NCBI GenBank assembly: GCA_951406725.2 | Contig: OX597817.1 | Coordinates: 66,650,001-66,714,000 of the forward strand | Direction of reading: 5' to 3' | DNA length: 64,000 nucleotides | Source of the DNA: Octopus vulgaris | Lineage: Eukaryota | In this document: positions 63,001 to 64,000 of the stretch, one piece after another | How positions within the stretch are numbered: position 1 is the stretch's first letter | Layout of the letters: each line of letters starts with the position of its first letter | Position numbers and translations under genes: made by a program | Notes under the pieces: generated by a model | The model's database searches: none | What the model saw: only the letters and a program-made list of their open reading frames with translations | Told to the model about the DNA's origin: nothing

Positions 63001-63617
63001 ATCAGTCAAGAAATAATAAACTAAATTTAAATTCAGAAAAATATTTAAAGAAATAAATATATGTACTCTTTTAGTTAGTGTGGTTGATAATTTGAAGAGT
63101 CAAAGAGAAAGACTACGAATAACTTACAGCCTCCAATAATAGCAATACTGGTGATTGGATAAGTGATTCATTGGCTTGCAGAGCAGTGCAGAGTTCAGTT
63201 CTACTTGTGGTTAATATCTATCAACAGTACACTAGCATTCTATCCAGGTGGATATTTATTTATCACTCATCCACTTAATGCTACAACAGGACAGTAATAC
63301 CACTATATCATGTAGGTTATGGTATTTTGGAACAGGACTTTATTAGAACCTCTGCCATCTACAATACTTCTTTAAACCATAATATTTAGGGATGTTTCCT
63401 ATTTCATGAAACTTCTGTTCATATTTCAACATTCATATCCAGAGTATACTTTAGAATGAAAGTTACTGATTTCATGTTTATGAAATCAACAGTAAATTAA
63501 GCATATATATTTTATGGAACTACCTTATCAGTCAAGAAGTAATAAATTAAATTTAAAGTCAGAAAAATATAAAAAGATTAAATATACTTACTCTTTTTGT
63601 TTCAAATTTGATTTTTG
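37955..63617 (-). CDS. NEK1: NIMA-related kinase 1-like, C-terminal non-catalytic part (15 coding exons, ~501 aa; 5' part outside window)
   Basis: Phase-consistent GT-AG chain totalling 1506 nt. Peptides resembling vertebrate NEK1 as I recall it: SVTQVLREIG, RQKWKYRNSVIEIL, LMRTRSVPDLTSLF, IFSKLEERREQLE, IVQLVLADTAF. Confidence 0.85.
38995..39234 (+). mobile_element. pogo/Tigger-type transposase C-terminal relic
   Basis: Acidic stretch EEDDTEEAE followed by AVSHLKWLIEY...QKKLTDF, like the Tigger/Jerky-family C-terminus. Confidence 0.55.
39526..39832 (-). mobile_element. Helitron-like 5' fragment flanked by a 62-bp direct repeat
   Basis: Minus strand begins A|TCTCTCTCTATATAAACGGCAG; contains AAGTTTCATCAGAATCGG; 39464-39525 is identical to 39832-39893. 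Confidence 0.6.
40331..40448 (-). CDS. NEK1: NEK1-like exon (DKLQEDD...VLADTAFTN)
   Basis: ttacag/gtaagt, phase 0->1. Confidence 0.9.
41165..41295 (-). CDS. NEK1: NEK1-like exon (LMEENAEDEEANADIFSKLEE...WMIH)
   Basis: ttttag/gtaagt, phase 1->0. Confidence 0.9.
41780..42215 (-). mobile_element. RTE LINE 3' tail with five ~62-bp tandem units
   Basis: (ATC)n tail, GGATGCCCTTCCTAACGCCAACCACTC, and repeated TTTTATGTGCCACCGACACAGGTGCCAG units. Confidence 0.8.
44190..45715 (+). mobile_element. Old, degraded RTE-clade LINE fragment
   Basis: LAKNKPLNLAFVNLEKAFDRIP, LGVDKWLVRVVQ, YYLGD and a (GAT)n tail. Confidence 0.75.
45805..46165 (+). mobile_element. RTE LINE 3' tail with three tandem units
   Basis: GTGCCGGTGGCACGTAAAAAGCACC units, then the shared tail ending GGACGTTAAACAATGATGATG. 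Confidence 0.8.
46941..47102 (-). CDS. NEK1: NEK1-like acidic exon (DEDSDGDDG...)
   Basis: tagtag tandem acceptor, CAG|gtgcgt donor, phase 1->1. Confidence 0.8.
48350..48405 (-). CDS. NEK1: NEK1-like exon (TDEISLVRQSMQDVLTKS)
   Basis: ttttag/gtaagt, phase 2->1. Confidence 0.85.
50046..50116 (-). CDS. NEK1: NEK1-like exon (ESQKTDVLKRLSQ...)
   Basis: ttgaag acceptor (or in-frame cacag giving start 50107), gtgagt donor, phase 0->2. Confidence 0.75.
50340..50438 (-). CDS. NEK1: NEK1-like exon (LMRTRSVPDLTSLF...)
   Basis: tttcag/gtgagt, phase 0->0. Confidence 0.9.
50799..50844 (-). CDS. NEK1: NEK1-like micro-exon (PQLDSINDLPEQKDE)
   Basis: tttcag/gtttgt, 46 nt, phase 2->0. Confidence 0.75.
51325..51575. 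repeat. Degenerate minisatellite (CACATCACTATATGTGAATA-like units)
   Basis: Directly visible recurring unit. Confidence 0.65.
51888..51996 (-). CDS. NEK1: NEK1-like exon (DVKQQEPSE...HSFS)
   Basis: ctgtag/gtttgt, phase 1->2. Confidence 0.8.
53444..53797 (-). CDS. NEK1: NEK1-like exon (EAAEDLLSK...KPLK)
   Basis: tttcag/gtaata, 354 nt, phase 1->1. Confidence 0.85.
54104..55337 (+). mobile_element. Full-length (1234 bp) inactivated mariner transposon inside a SINE
   Basis: TIR TTGGGTCATCTCATAAATAATGCG/CGCATTATTTATGGGATGACCCAA, TA TSD; relic HILLYEF, IVTGDKKW, FHQDNARQY, HPPYSLEIAPFDYHLF; many stops. Confidence 0.93.
56798..56908 (-). CDS. NEK1: NEK1-like exon (SDEVAVSQARQKW...)
   Basis: ttttag/gtaggt, phase 1->1. 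Confidence 0.85.
57440..58140 (-). mobile_element. Degraded LINE (RTE-like) fragment
   Basis: Minus-strand relics FEVSWFI (cf. FKYLGS) and LLYVGL*ELG (cf. LLYGCETW). Confidence 0.5.
58266..58359 (-). CDS. NEK1: NEK1-like exon (PQDPSRAPPRLRW...)
   Basis: actcag/gtaaac, phase 0->1. Confidence 0.82.
59595..60115. repeat. Long fold-back in a NEK1-like intron
   Basis: 59595-59793 is the reverse complement of 59966-60115, apart from a ~47-bp insertion in the left arm. Confidence 0.9.
60617..61115 (+). mobile_element. RTE-clade LINE RT fragment
   Basis: GVIPNDWRSN..CYKGKGDA, DKPLYLAFVDMEKTFDRV, LGIDEWLVRAVQAMY. Confidence 0.85.
61237..61273 (-). CDS. NEK1: NEK1-like micro-exon (DVVIRANKDEKK)
   Basis: ttctag/gtaagt, 37 nt, phase 2->0. 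Confidence 0.8.
61330..61675 (-). mobile_element. Octopod SINE, CpG-depleted copy
   Basis: Aligns to 1202-2151 with most CG replaced by TG/CA. Confidence 0.75.
62764..62847 (-). CDS. NEK1: NEK1-like exon (PKPSSKSVTQVLREIG...)
   Basis: tttcag/gtatgt, phase 2->2. Confidence 0.85.
63592..63617 (-). CDS. NEK1: NEK1-like micro-exon (QKSNLKQK)
   Basis: ttccag/gtaagt, 26 nt, phase 0->2. Confidence 0.7.
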
Positions 63618-64000
63618 CTGGAAAAATCAAAGAAAATAAAGATTTGAACAATAATTCACGCATGAAAAAAATAATCTTAGCAAGCTACATCATCTAGGGA
63701 AACATAAATAAATTTCCTGCTAAAAATTCTAGAATATTTTGGACAAGATTAGTTAACCTATGAGAGTAATATTTGTGTTTCTGACATGGTTTAAGCATTT
63801 GGATACAACATTAAAGACAGGTTTAAGTCTGTTGTTTTCTTTCCAGTAAAACCATATTTTCCATAAATCAAGCACAGCAATTAACTTAGACATTTTGATT
63901 CAGAAAAGATATGGTTTATTGATGGAACGCACAACCACTAAAGTCCACCAGCCAGTTCAGCTACCCTAACTAGGTACTATAATGTGTTTGTTATTTTATC

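Overview
AT-rich, microsatellite-dense eukaryotic DNA. Its repeat content (tRNA-derived SINEs with internal (TG/CA)n, RTE LINEs with (GAT)n tails) is typical of an octopod cephalopod; the organism is inferred, not proven. Two minus-strand host genes were reconstructed by hand with phase-consistent GT-AG splice sites: a complete 5-exon ribulose-phosphate 3-epimerase (RPE, 28753->20263, 231 aa) and the last 15 coding exons of a NEK1-like kinase (63617->37955, about 501 aa; the kinase domain lies beyond the right edge). Between them is a full-length but inactivated CsRN1-type Ty3/Gypsy element (30653-36767) with 823-bp LTRs, a CATC TSD, a tRNA-Trp PBS, a CHCC knuckle and a -1 slippery site. The rest comprises RTE LINEs (one near full length with three C-terminal C2H2 fingers), a full-length dead mariner, MITEs, Helitron-like pieces, SINEs and several long fold-backs. 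I see no clear new multi-gene system. The best leads are a tandemly repeated hairpin-plus-pseudoknot RNA module in LINE 3' tails, long fold-backs near or inside the genes, a Helitron fragment with a 62-bp direct duplication, and a CpG-rich MITE in the RPE upstream region.
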